Shown here: positions 18,865-27,772 of the stretch, piece by piece | Layout of the letters: every line of letters begins with the position of its first letter | Position numbering within the stretch: the stretch's first letter is position 1 | Source: Candidatus Microgenomatus sp. | GTDB lineage: Bacteria > Patescibacteriota > Microgenomatia > UBA8517 | NCBI GenBank assembly: GCA_020724585.1 | Contig: DYGS01000001.1 | Coordinates: 219,139 to 283,138 of the forward strand | Reading direction: 5' to 3' | Length of the DNA: 64,000 nucleotides | Notes under the pieces: generated by a model | Databases searched by the model: none | What the model was told of the DNA's origin: nothing | What the model saw: the letters and a program-made list of their open reading frames with translations, nothing else | Made by a program: the position numbers and the translations under genes

Positions 18865-20006
18865 GAATATTTTTTGCCATTTTTATCGCAGTAATTGCTT
18901 TCCTCTTAAACTTTTTGAACCGCGGCGTATATGCTCAGGAATGCAGTGGAGATTTAGAGTCAAGAATTGCATGTTATGAATCAAACATAGTAAAACTTAA
19001 AGAATCTTCAAAAACTCTATCAAATCAAATTGCTCAATTTGATGCACAAATTAGGTTAACTACGCTAAAAATTTCTCAAACTGAAGCAAAAATAAATTTA
19101 TTAAGCGGTAGAATCGATCAATTAACAGGATCACTTGAATCGTTAAATAATGCTTTTAATAAAAGGGTCGTCGAGACTTATAAAATGGCAAGGATGGGAA
19201 GTCCTCTTGCTCTTGCTTTTTCCCAATCCAGCTTATCTGAGGTTTTTTCCACCTACTCATATTTGAAAAAAATTCAGGATGCTGACAGAAATCTTCTTGT
19301 GAGACTTCAAAAAGCGCAAGATGCATATGAAGAAGAAAAACTTGACCAGGAAGATTTGCAAAGACAGCTGGAAGAACAAAAGAAAAATTTAGATAATCAA
19401 AAGGCCGCAAAAGCTTATTTTTTAGCAGCGACTAAAAATGACGAAAAGAAATATCAGCAGTTGTTGGCACAGGCAAGGGCAGAATATGAAGCTATTCAGG
19501 CTATTATTGCTGGTCGTGGAACAGAGACCGAAGTAGGAAATGTTAACGAAGGTCAGAAGATTGCAACTATTATCCAAGGTGCGTCGTGCAATTCTGGCGG
19601 AACCCACCTCCATTTTATTGTAAGAAAGCAGAATAATTCGACTGAAAATCCATTTAATTACCTTCGCGGAGGAATTGATTTTGAAAATTGTTCTGGTTCA
19701 TCGTGTGGAAGCTCAGACGGTGATTTATTTAACCCTAGTGGTTCTTGGAATTGGCCTGTGCAACCCAAAATTAAATTTACTCAAGGTTATGGAAATACTT
19801 GGGCCATCAAAAATACTTGGGTAGGGAGAATTTATAATTTTCATAACGGTATAGATATAAATAGCTTATCTTCAAGCGAAGTAAAGGCGGTAAGGGCGGG
19901 GAAACTTTATCAAGGCAGTTATAATGTTGGATGCAAGTTGAAATATGTAAGAGTTGATCATGACGATAGTGACCTAGACACTCTATATTTACATATAAAT
20001 TATTAA
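18861..20006 (+). CDS. Secreted coiled-coil protein with circularly permuted M23 peptidase domain (EnvC/CwlO-like FtsEX partner)
   Basis: Signal peptide, long coiled coil, 'THLHF' before 'HNGID'. Confidence 0.85.
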   Translation: MRIFFAIFIAVIAFLLNFLNRGVYAQECSGDLESRIACYESNIVKLKESSKTLSNQIAQFDAQIRLTTLKISQTEAKINLLSGRIDQLTGSLESLNNAFNKRVVETYKMARMGSPLALAFSQSSLSEVFSTYSYLKKIQDADRNLLVRLQKAQDAYEEEKLDQEDLQRQLEEQKKNLDNQKAAKAYFLAATKNDEKKYQQLLAQARAEYEAIQAIIAGRGTETEVGNVNEGQKIATIIQGASCNSGGTHLHFIVRKQNNSTENPFNYLRGGIDFENCSGSSCGSSDGDLFNPSGSWNWPVQPKIKFTQGYGNTWAIKNTWVGRIYNFHNGIDINSLSSSEVKAVRAGKLYQGSYNVGCKLKYVRVDHDDSDLDTLYLHINY

Positions 20007-20079
20007 ATCTACAACAAGTACAAACCAAAACGCCACTCTTTTTATGCGAGATCTAAGTCGTTTTATCTCGAAATGACCA

Positions 20080-20107
20080 TGTATCGATGTTTTAATACAT
20101 CGGTACA
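20080..20107. repeat. 28-bp palindrome, copy 1 (11-6-11)
   Basis: TGTATCGATGT-tttaat-ACATCGGTACA. Confidence 0.9.
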
Positions 20108-20153
20108 AAAAGATTGCAGACAATTTAAAACTGAATGTGATACAGTTAAATAA

Positions 20154-20594
20154 ATGACACAAGTCTCAAAATATAGACTTTCGGAAGAAATTAAAAAACA
20201 AATTGAAGATTTATTTTTTCAAACGATCGCTTCCCTAACTTCAAAAGAGAAGGTAAAAGAATTTTTTGATGAATTTTTGACGAAGAATGAAAAAGTTATG
20301 TTTTCAAAAAGACTGGCAATTGGTATTTTTCTTGCCAGAGGCCATGAGTATAGAGAGATATCGAGAGTACTTAAGGTAAGTACTTCAACAATTACATCAT
20401 TTGCGGCAATTTACAAACTTGAATCAAATTACAAAAGAATAGTGGATAGAGTGAATAAAAATATAGAGAGTAAGAAAAATATTTTAGAAATTGCAGAATC
20501 GATTGCTTCTATTGGTGCAGTAGGCGGTGCCAAATCTGCGGGTTGGTTTGAAACGAGAAATGAAATTAGAAAAAGGAAGAATAAATTGCTTTAA
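20154..20594 (+). CDS. TrpR/YerC-YecD-like HTH protein
   Basis: 'FFDEFLTKNEKVMFSKRLAIGIFLARGHEYREISRVLKVSTSTI' matches the TrpR-like pattern; TGaTACAGT lies 7 nt upstream. Confidence 0.85.
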   Translation: MTQVSKYRLSEEIKKQIEDLFFQTIASLTSKEKVKEFFDEFLTKNEKVMFSKRLAIGIFLARGHEYREISRVLKVSTSTITSFAAIYKLESNYKRIVDRVNKNIESKKNILEIAESIASIGAVGGAKSAGWFETRNEIRKRKNKLL

Positions 20595-21423
20595 GCTGTT
20601 TTTGTATCGATGTTTTAATACATCGATACTGGTGGTAATGTTGTTTATTTTATTTACAAAAGATATAGCAGCTGCGAGAAAAATCACCATAAGTTCTGAT
20701 AAATCATCCCTAAAAGGAGATGAAGAATCAATAATTACAGTTCAGTTGTTAGACTTTGTTTCTGGCGAATCAATATATATAAAGGGAGCTTTCTATCATG
20801 AATTGACCCCAACAAATTATTTTGGGTTGACATTAAAGGATACAAGTTGGATAAAAAATAGTCAGCAAACCACAGATCAGCTATCAGTCGTAATTGACCA
20901 ATGGAATGGACAGTTAAAAATAAGAAGTGATTTTTTAGATTCAGGGTACAAAGGTGAAGGGGATTATAAATTTAAAGTTGGTTTTTACTATACCACTACA
21001 GGCGGAAATTTATCGTCAATTAACTGGTCAGAGAATATTTTAAGCTATATTATTAACGAGCCGGATCCAACTCCATCTCCAACAGTTGCTCCAACGATTG
21101 CTGCAACAGTCACCGCAACAGCAACACCCACCATTTCTCCGACCAAAACACCTACTCCAAAACCTACTCCCACCAAGACATCAACAGCAACTCCAAGCCC
21201 GACTGAGGAATCTCGTGAAACAGATGAGCCCGTAAGTTTCATAACCGATACAGATATTAAACTCGTTAAGGATTCACCAACAGGTATTGTTGCGGGTGCT
21301 AAGGATGCGAAGAAAACACCGATCTTGGCTATTTTTTTAATTGTTGCCGGTCTTGGATTCTTGGGATATGTGGGTTATATGATATATAATCAAAGACATG
21401 CAAATGATCAAAAAGAAGTTTAA
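20560..21423 (+). CDS. Surface protein with signal-like N-terminus, PT-rich linker and C-terminal TM (start uncertain: 20560 or 20638)
   Basis: Hydrophobic N-region ending in AAA, long TPTP linker, 'GIVAGA', C-terminal TM. Confidence 0.75.
   Translation: MKLEKGRINCFKLFLYRCFNTSILVVMLFILFTKDIAAARKITISSDKSSLKGDEESIITVQLLDFVSGESIYIKGAFYHELTPTNYFGLTLKDTSWIKNSQQTTDQLSVVIDQWNGQLKIRSDFLDSGYKGEGDYKFKVGFYYTTTGGNLSSINWSENILSYIINEPDPTPSPTVAPTIAATVTATATPTISPTKTPTPKPTPTKTSTATPSPTEESRETDEPVSFITDTDIKLVKDSPTGIVAGAKDAKKTPILAIFLIVAGLGFLGYVGYMIYNQRHANDQKEV
20603..20630. repeat. 28-bp palindrome, copy 2 (direct repeat of copy 1)
   Basis: TGTATCGATGT-tttaat-ACATCGATACT; 26/28 identical to copy 1. Confidence 0.9.
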
Positions 21424-21814
21424 TAATTGGTATCCGGTTGTTCTTTGGGCTATGGTGATTTTTTTCTTTTCAAGTCTTCCAACTATTGTGACAACTAAGT
21501 TTTTTCTTTGGGACTTTTTATTTAAAAAAAGTGCCCATTTTGTAGAGTATGCGATCCTTGCGACTTTAACTTACAGAGCTTTTTTGAAAGAGAAAGTAAA
21601 AAATCAAAGAGCAATATTTTTTGCAGTTATATTCTCATTTATCTATGCAATAACGGATGAGTACCATCAGTCTTTTGTTCCAGGTCGCGGACCTGCTGTC
21701 CGCGATATAATAATTGATACGCTTGGGGCCATTTTTGCAACTTACGGCCTTATTCTTAACAAAAGCAAACTCCCGATCTCTTTACAAAACATGTATAATA
21801 AATTTATATTATGA
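21398..21814 (+). CDS. VanZ-like membrane protein
   Basis: 'KSAHFVEYAIL', 'YAITDEYHQSFVPGR', 'DIIIDTLG'. Confidence 0.9.
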   Translation: MQMIKKKFNNWYPVVLWAMVIFFFSSLPTIVTTKFFLWDFLFKKSAHFVEYAILATLTYRAFLKEKVKNQRAIFFAVIFSFIYAITDEYHQSFVPGRGPAVRDIIIDTLGAIFATYGLILNKSKLPISLQNMYNKFIL

Positions 21815-22572
21815 AAAAGTTGTTGTACGGCCTTATCTCTAGTTTGTTTTTGCTATCTGTTGTTGCTTCAGATGCTTTAGCTAGCCACTCTTGGGGAAAT
21901 TACCATTGGGCAAGAATAGCAAATCCCTTTACTTTGAAATTCGGTGATAATTTATCGTCAGCCTGGAAGCCTTATTTAGCGACAACTACTAATGATTGGA
22001 ATCAATCGTCTGTTTTGGAGGCTCAAACAGAAGCTGGACAATCTGGAAAAAACTGTTCATCAACAACTGGCCGTGTTGAAGTTTGCAACAAGAAATATGG
22101 CAATAATGGTTGGTTGGGGATAGCTCAAATTTGGGTGAGCGGCGATCACATAACAAAAGGTGTTGTAAAAGTAAATGACACTTATTTCAACACTGCAAAG
22201 TACAACAAACCTGAATGGAGGAATTTAGTAATGTGTCAGGAGGTTGGACACACATTAGGGCTTGACCATCAAGATGAAAAATTTGATAATCCAAATCTTG
22301 GATCGTGCATGGACTACACAAGTAATCCCGATTCAAATCAACATCCCAACACTCATGATTATGAACAGCTCGAAGTAATTTATTCTCATCTTGATTCATT
22401 TTCAACCATAGGTGCATTGGCCGTTAAAAATTTTGGCCAATATTTAACTGAAAACCTTGAGAATCCGAATGAATGGGGTCAAAAAATAAAAGATAATGGA
22501 GCAATTGCAGAATATGAAAGACGACTTCCGACTGGTCTAAAGCTTCACACTTTTGTTATCTGGGCAAATTAA
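21811..22572 (+). CDS. Secreted metzincin-like protein with a QExGHxxGxxH motif
   Basis: Signal peptide, 'MCQEVGHTLGLDH', Met-turn-like 'SCMDY'. Confidence 0.75.
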   Translation: MKKLLYGLISSLFLLSVVASDALASHSWGNYHWARIANPFTLKFGDNLSSAWKPYLATTTNDWNQSSVLEAQTEAGQSGKNCSSTTGRVEVCNKKYGNNGWLGIAQIWVSGDHITKGVVKVNDTYFNTAKYNKPEWRNLVMCQEVGHTLGLDHQDEKFDNPNLGSCMDYTSNPDSNQHPNTHDYEQLEVIYSHLDSFSTIGALAVKNFGQYLTENLENPNEWGQKIKDNGAIAEYERRLPTGLKLHTFVIWAN

Positions 22573-23138
22573 TGAAAAAAATTGCAAATATTTTAATTTT
22601 TGCTTCAACAGTTTTACTATTGGTTATTTTTTGGCCGGTAGCTAAAGAAGAAACAAAATATCAAATAAATCAGACTTTTCAAAAAAGAGTTGAAGTAACT
22701 CCGCCTAACAGAGATTTTTCTATAGTCATCCCAAAAATCGGGGCCAGCCAAAAAATAATTAGAAATGTTGATCCATATAACAAGGCAGAATTTTTAAAAG
22801 CATTAAAAAATGGAGTTGCTCATGCTAAAAATACTTCATTCCCCGACAAAAACGGAAATATATATCTTTTTGCGCACTCAACCGACGCTTTTTATAATGT
22901 TTTAAATTATAATGCAGTTTTTTATCTTATAGGTAAACTTGAAAAGGACGACGAAATAAAATTATATTACCAAGATAATGAATATCGCTATAAAGTTATC
23001 GAAAAAAAGATTGTATCGGCCAGTGATACTTATTATTTAACGAGAAAAACACAAGATAATATTCTAACTCTACAAACATGCTATCCACCCGGAACAACAC
23101 TTAAAAGACTTATAGTCGTTGCAAAAGTTGACAAGTAG
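22572..23138 (+). CDS. Sortase
   Basis: N-terminal TM, 'IPKI', 'GVAH', 'GNIYLFAHS', 'LTLQTCYPPG', 'KRLIV' (His/Cys/Arg triad). Confidence 0.92.
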   Translation: MKKIANILIFASTVLLLVIFWPVAKEETKYQINQTFQKRVEVTPPNRDFSIVIPKIGASQKIIRNVDPYNKAEFLKALKNGVAHAKNTSFPDKNGNIYLFAHSTDAFYNVLNYNAVFYLIGKLEKDDEIKLYYQDNEYRYKVIEKKIVSASDTYYLTRKTQDNILTLQTCYPPGTTLKRLIVVAKVDK

Positions 23139-23158
23139 TAGTAAAATCGCCCAAAAGG

Positions 23159-26100
23159 ATGAAAAAAATTTGGTTTGGGCTATCGCTGTTTTCAATTCTG
23201 ATAAATTCCTTGTTTGTACCGGTTACCGCCGTTGCACAGGAATTTTCTCCATCGCCAGAACCGACGCCAGTAGTTGAGGAATCTCCAACTCCAGAGACTG
23301 TTGCGACTGAAACATCGCAACTGACCGAAACACCAACACCCGAGCCCACAAACAGCGCACAACCAACCGAAATACCGTCAGAAACAGTAGAACCAACTAC
23401 TCAATCCACAGAAAGTGCAGTAACAGAAAACAGCCAGACAACAACTGAAACATCAACGCCAACTTCAACACCTGTTATAACAACTGACAAAGATGACTAT
23501 CATCCAGGGGAAACAGCAACGATTACGGGACATTTTTTTGAGTCATTGCAAAACCTTGTTTTGAAAGTTTTTGGCGGGACAGTAGAAGAAGGCAATTACA
23601 AAGAAGATAGCTACAATGTAACAACTGATGTTTTGGGAAGTTTTATTTTTCAATATGTTTTGGATAATGTCTTCAGACCACTTTATTCGGTTGAAGTTTC
23701 AGATTCCCAAGATACCAAACTCGCCGAAACCACCTTCACTGATAGTCCTCTTTGTCAAAATGATGTCGAGGGGGCGAACGATTTACCAGGACAAAAGGAT
23801 TTAACAAGAATGTGTGCGGATTATGCCGCACTCCCAACAACTCTTAGTATTGACTGGAACTGGGATGATTCTGCTTGGTCTGGAGGTAATACAGGCGATG
23901 GATGTGCGCTTTTTGATACTGATGACGATGGAGATGTTAATTACGCACTATGTATCACCGTAGGAGGAAATCCTGCGGCGTTTATATCAAAACAACTTTA
24001 TTCGTGTAATGATACTAAGTCAGATCGATGTGCCGGAAAAGTTGCTATTTCATCGAGTGCATCAACAACTTGTACCGCTTCTATACAAAGTACGGATCCA
24101 TTTCCTCTTGGATCTAGCTTCCCCAGTGACACAACTGGTAGTTGCACGATTTTAATGTCTGATATTTCATCAACGACCGTAGACCTTGTTGATGTTTGTT
24201 CTTATCCCTCTAATGAACCAAATTCCGATCCGTCCGATTGTATAGTTGCAACACAACAACATACAGCAAAGTTGGAAATTGTTAAAGATCTCATTCCATC
24301 TAGTGATCCTGGATTGTTCAATTTGCAAATTGATGGTTCGACATTAGTTAGTAATGTTTCAGACAATGGGACAACAGGGGAAATTGTAGTTTTAGCCTCT
24401 GGTGGTTCTGGAACTGCGCATACATTTTCAGAGACAGCGGGTATAGGGACTAGTTTAAGTAATTATACGACCACTGTCCAGTGTAGGGATAATAACGGAT
24501 CGGGTTCAGTTATTTCTACAACTGGAAGTAATCCCTGGACGATAAATATTGTTAAAGATAAAGACATTGTTTGCACAATTACAAACACAAGAATAAATAA
24601 TGCATCGTTAACAATTGTTAAAGATGCGGTTCCAAACGATGCACAGGATTTTTCGTTTACTACAACTGGCACAGGATTATCTAATTTCACACTAGATGAT
24701 GATAGTGATAACACACTTTCTAATACGAAGGTATTTAGCAATCTTGCCTCTGGTATATATTCGGTTTCTGAAACAGCGGTTGCTGGTTGGGACCAAACAA
24801 GCGCAACATGTACAGATGGAAGTACATTAAATTCCATTAACTTGTCACCAGGGGAAAATGTTACATGTACAATTACAAACTCGAGGTTGCCAAAACTTAC
24901 AGTTGTTAAACAAGTCATAAATGATAATGGAGGTACAAAACAAATTTCTGATTTTCCACTTTTTGTAAATGGAAGTTCTGTTACAAGCGGCACAACAAAT
25001 ATTTATTCAACTGGATCATATGTTGTTTCAGAAACAACCGATAATGGTTATACTGCTACTTTTTTAGGAGATTGCGATGCGCAAGGCAATGTTTCTTTAA
25101 GTTACGGAGATGATAAAACATGTACTATCACAAACAATGATAAACCGGGACATTTGATTGTATATAAAGTTACTGTTCCAAATAACACGCAAGAAGTGTT
25201 TACAATTACACCAACAGGTTTGTCATCAGATACTGTTGCAACAGGCAGCCCAAGAGACTTCACGGTAAACGCAGGAATATATAGTGTTATTGAAACTGCA
25301 AAAACAGGATGGGAGGAAACCGGGAATACTTGCAGCAATATTACAGTTGCAAATGGGGAGACAAAAGAATGTACGATAACGAATACTCAAAAGGGTAAAA
25401 TCATTGTTAAAAAGGAAACATTACCCGATGGAGATTCCCAAAGTTTTGAATTTGTAGCCAACTACAGTTCAAACTTTAATTTAAGCGATGGACAGCAAAA
25501 TGATAGTGATTATTTATCACCCTCAATTTATTCAGTTTCTGAAAATGTACCTTCAGGTTGGGATTTAACATCAGCTACTTGTGATGATGGCAGTTCAATC
25601 AATCGAATTGAACTAGGCGCAGGCGAGATAGTTACTTGTACTTTCAATAACACAAAAAGAGGCAGTATTTTTGGGTACAAGTATGAGGATTTAAATGGGA
25701 ACGGAACAAACGATAACGATTGGATCCCTGTATTAGGCTGGACGATTGAATTATGGCAAGGACAAACAAAACTTGAACAAACCTCTACAGATGCAAGTGG
25801 TTATTATTCATTCACAAATCTAATTCAGGGTGTTTATTCAGTCGTTGAACAAATGCTATCAGGATGGGACAATGCCACAGCCGATAGCCTGAATATTAGT
25901 TTGACTGCAGGTGAAAACGATGGACCAAATAATTTTGTTAATTTTGAAAAAGCTACTATAGTGGTCCATAAAGATGTGGTTAATCCTGACGGAGGCCAAA
26001 CAGTTGATAATACTTCTTTTAAAGTCAAGTTGAATGGTAGTGATGAAAAAACAATTTCAGAAGATACAACTGCAACATATTCAGATCTAGTTCCGGGGTC

Positions 26101-27772
26101 TTATACAATTACAGAGAGTTTTGTTCCAAGTGGGTATGAATTAGTATCATTGACAGACGGTGGAATAGTAAATATTCAAAGCGGCGAAACACACCATGTT
26201 TATGTAGTTAATAAACAAAATCCAGCAAAATTAACTGTTATTAAAAATGTTATTAATAACAACGGTGGAGCGCTTGGTGCTGATGATTTTACAATGACGG
26301 TTGCTGGTAATAATCCTTCAGATACATCTTTTGCAGGATCAGAAACAGGTGTAACAATTGATTTATATGCAGGGAATTATTCAGTCGATGAAATTGAAAT
26401 TTCAGGTTATACGAAGTCATTATCAACAGATTGTAGCGGCACAATAAATTGGGGTGAAGAAAAAACTTGCACAATTACTAACACGAGAGACATGGGAGAG
26501 ATAATAATTAAGAAAGTTATTGATGAAGACGGCGATTTGAATACAATTAATGATCAAATTTTGGCTTCAGGGTGGGAGATTAATGTCGATGGATTAAGCG
26601 GTGATGTTGATGATCCTGCATCAGGCAGTACAGATTCAAACGGAGAATATAAAACAGGTAAAATCAAAACGGGCGTATATAGTGCTAGTGAAACAAGTCA
26701 GTCTGGATTTGATTTTGTTTCCGCTGTCTGTTCTGACCAAAGTCCAATAAATAATATAACTCTGGGTAAAGACGAGACAATAACTTGTATATTCTACAAC
26801 ACCCCAAATGGGACAATTCATGGCTATAAATGGAATGATTTAAATGGAGATGGTGTTAGCGATCTAGGTGAGAACAGATTGGGTGGATGGACTATAAATT
26901 TGTATGGCTGGGACGAAGAAGATAAGGATTACACTAATCTAGTAAAATCAACAGTTACAGATTCAAATCCCGGGATTGATTTTGGCTGGTATTGGTTCAC
27001 TCACATTTACCCTGGAGATTATAAAGTCTGTGAGGTCAATCAAAATGGTTGGCAGCAGACATATCCAACAAATAACAACGGTTGTCATCTTGTTTCTATT
27101 CCTGATACTAATCCAAACAATTTTGAATTATTGGAAAATTTTGTAGAAGTTAGCCCTGTTTATAACTTCGGCAACATGGAAGATGATCCGGAAGTTGAAA
27201 TTGAGAAGTCCAACAGTGCTTTAACTTCAGTTAATATAAATAGTGAGGTCACCTACACGCTTCTCGTCAAAAATACGGGAAATGTCAATTTAACCGATCT
27301 GAAAGTGTATGACGCAATTCCTGGAGGATTTGAATATGTGTTGGGGTCGAGTTATTTGAATGGCTTTCTACATTCCGATCCGAATGTCTTTGGTGGGCTT
27401 CTTTCGTGGAATATTGGAAATTTAGGTAAAGGTGAAAATGCAGAGATTGTATATAAACTAAAAGTTGGAGACTCTGTTTTGGGGGGCGGTTCATACGATA
27501 ATTTTGCAACTTGCGAGGCTTATTATACTACAATTGCTTCAAATGAACTTTTAAGAGTTGAACTGGATCAATTTACTCGAAATAAAATAGAATGTAATAT
27601 TGCCAGCTCTAAAGTGTTGATTAGTACATCAAATAGTTACGGAGGAAGCCTAACTGGTCAGGTATTGGGAGCATCAACGGAGCTTCCCGCAACAGGCAAT
27701 CCATCGTGGGCATTGGCTTTTGCACTGTTAGGCTTGGCAGGAGGATTAATTTTAAAAAAGAAATATGTCTAA
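23159..27772 (+). CDS. Large sortase-anchored surface adhesin (CnaB/SpaA-like and SdrD-B-like repeats, DUF11-like C-terminal domain, LPATG)
   Basis: Signal peptide, E/P/T linker, Cys-rich head, repeated 'L.IVK...YSVSE...W....C...CTITN' modules, 'G.I.GYK..DLNG.G' modules, LPATG + TM + KKK. Confidence 0.88.
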   Translation: MKKIWFGLSLFSILINSLFVPVTAVAQEFSPSPEPTPVVEESPTPETVATETSQLTETPTPEPTNSAQPTEIPSETVEPTTQSTESAVTENSQTTTETSTPTSTPVITTDKDDYHPGETATITGHFFESLQNLVLKVFGGTVEEGNYKEDSYNVTTDVLGSFIFQYVLDNVFRPLYSVEVSDSQDTKLAETTFTDSPLCQNDVEGANDLPGQKDLTRMCADYAALPTTLSIDWNWDDSAWSGGNTGDGCALFDTDDDGDVNYALCITVGGNPAAFISKQLYSCNDTKSDRCAGKVAISSSASTTCTASIQSTDPFPLGSSFPSDTTGSCTILMSDISSTTVDLVDVCSYPSNEPNSDPSDCIVATQQHTAKLEIVKDLIPSSDPGLFNLQIDGSTLVSNVSDNGTTGEIVVLASGGSGTAHTFSETAGIGTSLSNYTTTVQCRDNNGSGSVISTTGSNPWTINIVKDKDIVCTITNTRINNASLTIVKDAVPNDAQDFSFTTTGTGLSNFTLDDDSDNTLSNTKVFSNLASGIYSVSETAVAGWDQTSATCTDGSTLNSINLSPGENVTCTITNSRLPKLTVVKQVINDNGGTKQISDFPLFVNGSSVTSGTTNIYSTGSYVVSETTDNGYTATFLGDCDAQGNVSLSYGDDKTCTITNNDKPGHLIVYKVTVPNNTQEVFTITPTGLSSDTVATGSPRDFTVNAGIYSVIETAKTGWEETGNTCSNITVANGETKECTITNTQKGKIIVKKETLPDGDSQSFEFVANYSSNFNLSDGQQNDSDYLSPSIYSVSENVPSGWDLTSATCDDGSSINRIELGAGEIVTCTFNNTKRGSIFGYKYEDLNGNGTNDNDWIPVLGWTIELWQGQTKLEQTSTDASGYYSFTNLIQGVYSVVEQMLSGWDNATADSLNISLTAGENDGPNNFVNFEKATIVVHKDVVNPDGGQTVDNTSFKVKLNGSDEKTISEDTTATYSDLVPGSYTITESFVPSGYELVSLTDGGIVNIQSGETHHVYVVNKQNPAKLTVIKNVINNNGGALGADDFTMTVAGNNPSDTSFAGSETGVTIDLYAGNYSVDEIEISGYTKSLSTDCSGTINWGEEKTCTITNTRDMGEIIIKKVIDEDGDLNTINDQILASGWEINVDGLSGDVDDPASGSTDSNGEYKTGKIKTGVYSASETSQSGFDFVSAVCSDQSPINNITLGKDETITCIFYNTPNGTIHGYKWNDLNGDGVSDLGENRLGGWTINLYGWDEEDKDYTNLVKSTVTDSNPGIDFGWYWFTHIYPGDYKVCEVNQNGWQQTYPTNNNGCHLVSIPDTNPNNFELLENFVEVSPVYNFGNMEDDPEVEIEKSNSALTSVNINSEVTYTLLVKNTGNVNLTDLKVYDAIPGGFEYVLGSSYLNGFLHSDPNVFGGLLSWNIGNLGKGENAEIVYKLKVGDSVLGGGSYDNFATCEAYYTTIASNELLRVELDQFTRNKIECNIASSKVLISTSNSYGGSLTGQVLGASTELPATGNPSWALAFALLGLAGGLILKKKYV

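Noticed and set aside
21060-21205. ccaac/cca-rich DNA repeats in PT linkers (also near 14470-14545 and 23250-23470)
   Set aside because: Explained by low-complexity Pro/Thr/Ser codons with period 3 or 6; not independent DNA elements.
24463-24993. 176-aa antisense ORF and other opposite-strand or alternate-frame ORFs in the track (e.g. 694-951, 2076-2384, 7012-7425, 32361-32843, 46942-47265)
   Set aside because: They are shadows of well-supported genes, with no recognisable motifs or independent initiation signals.
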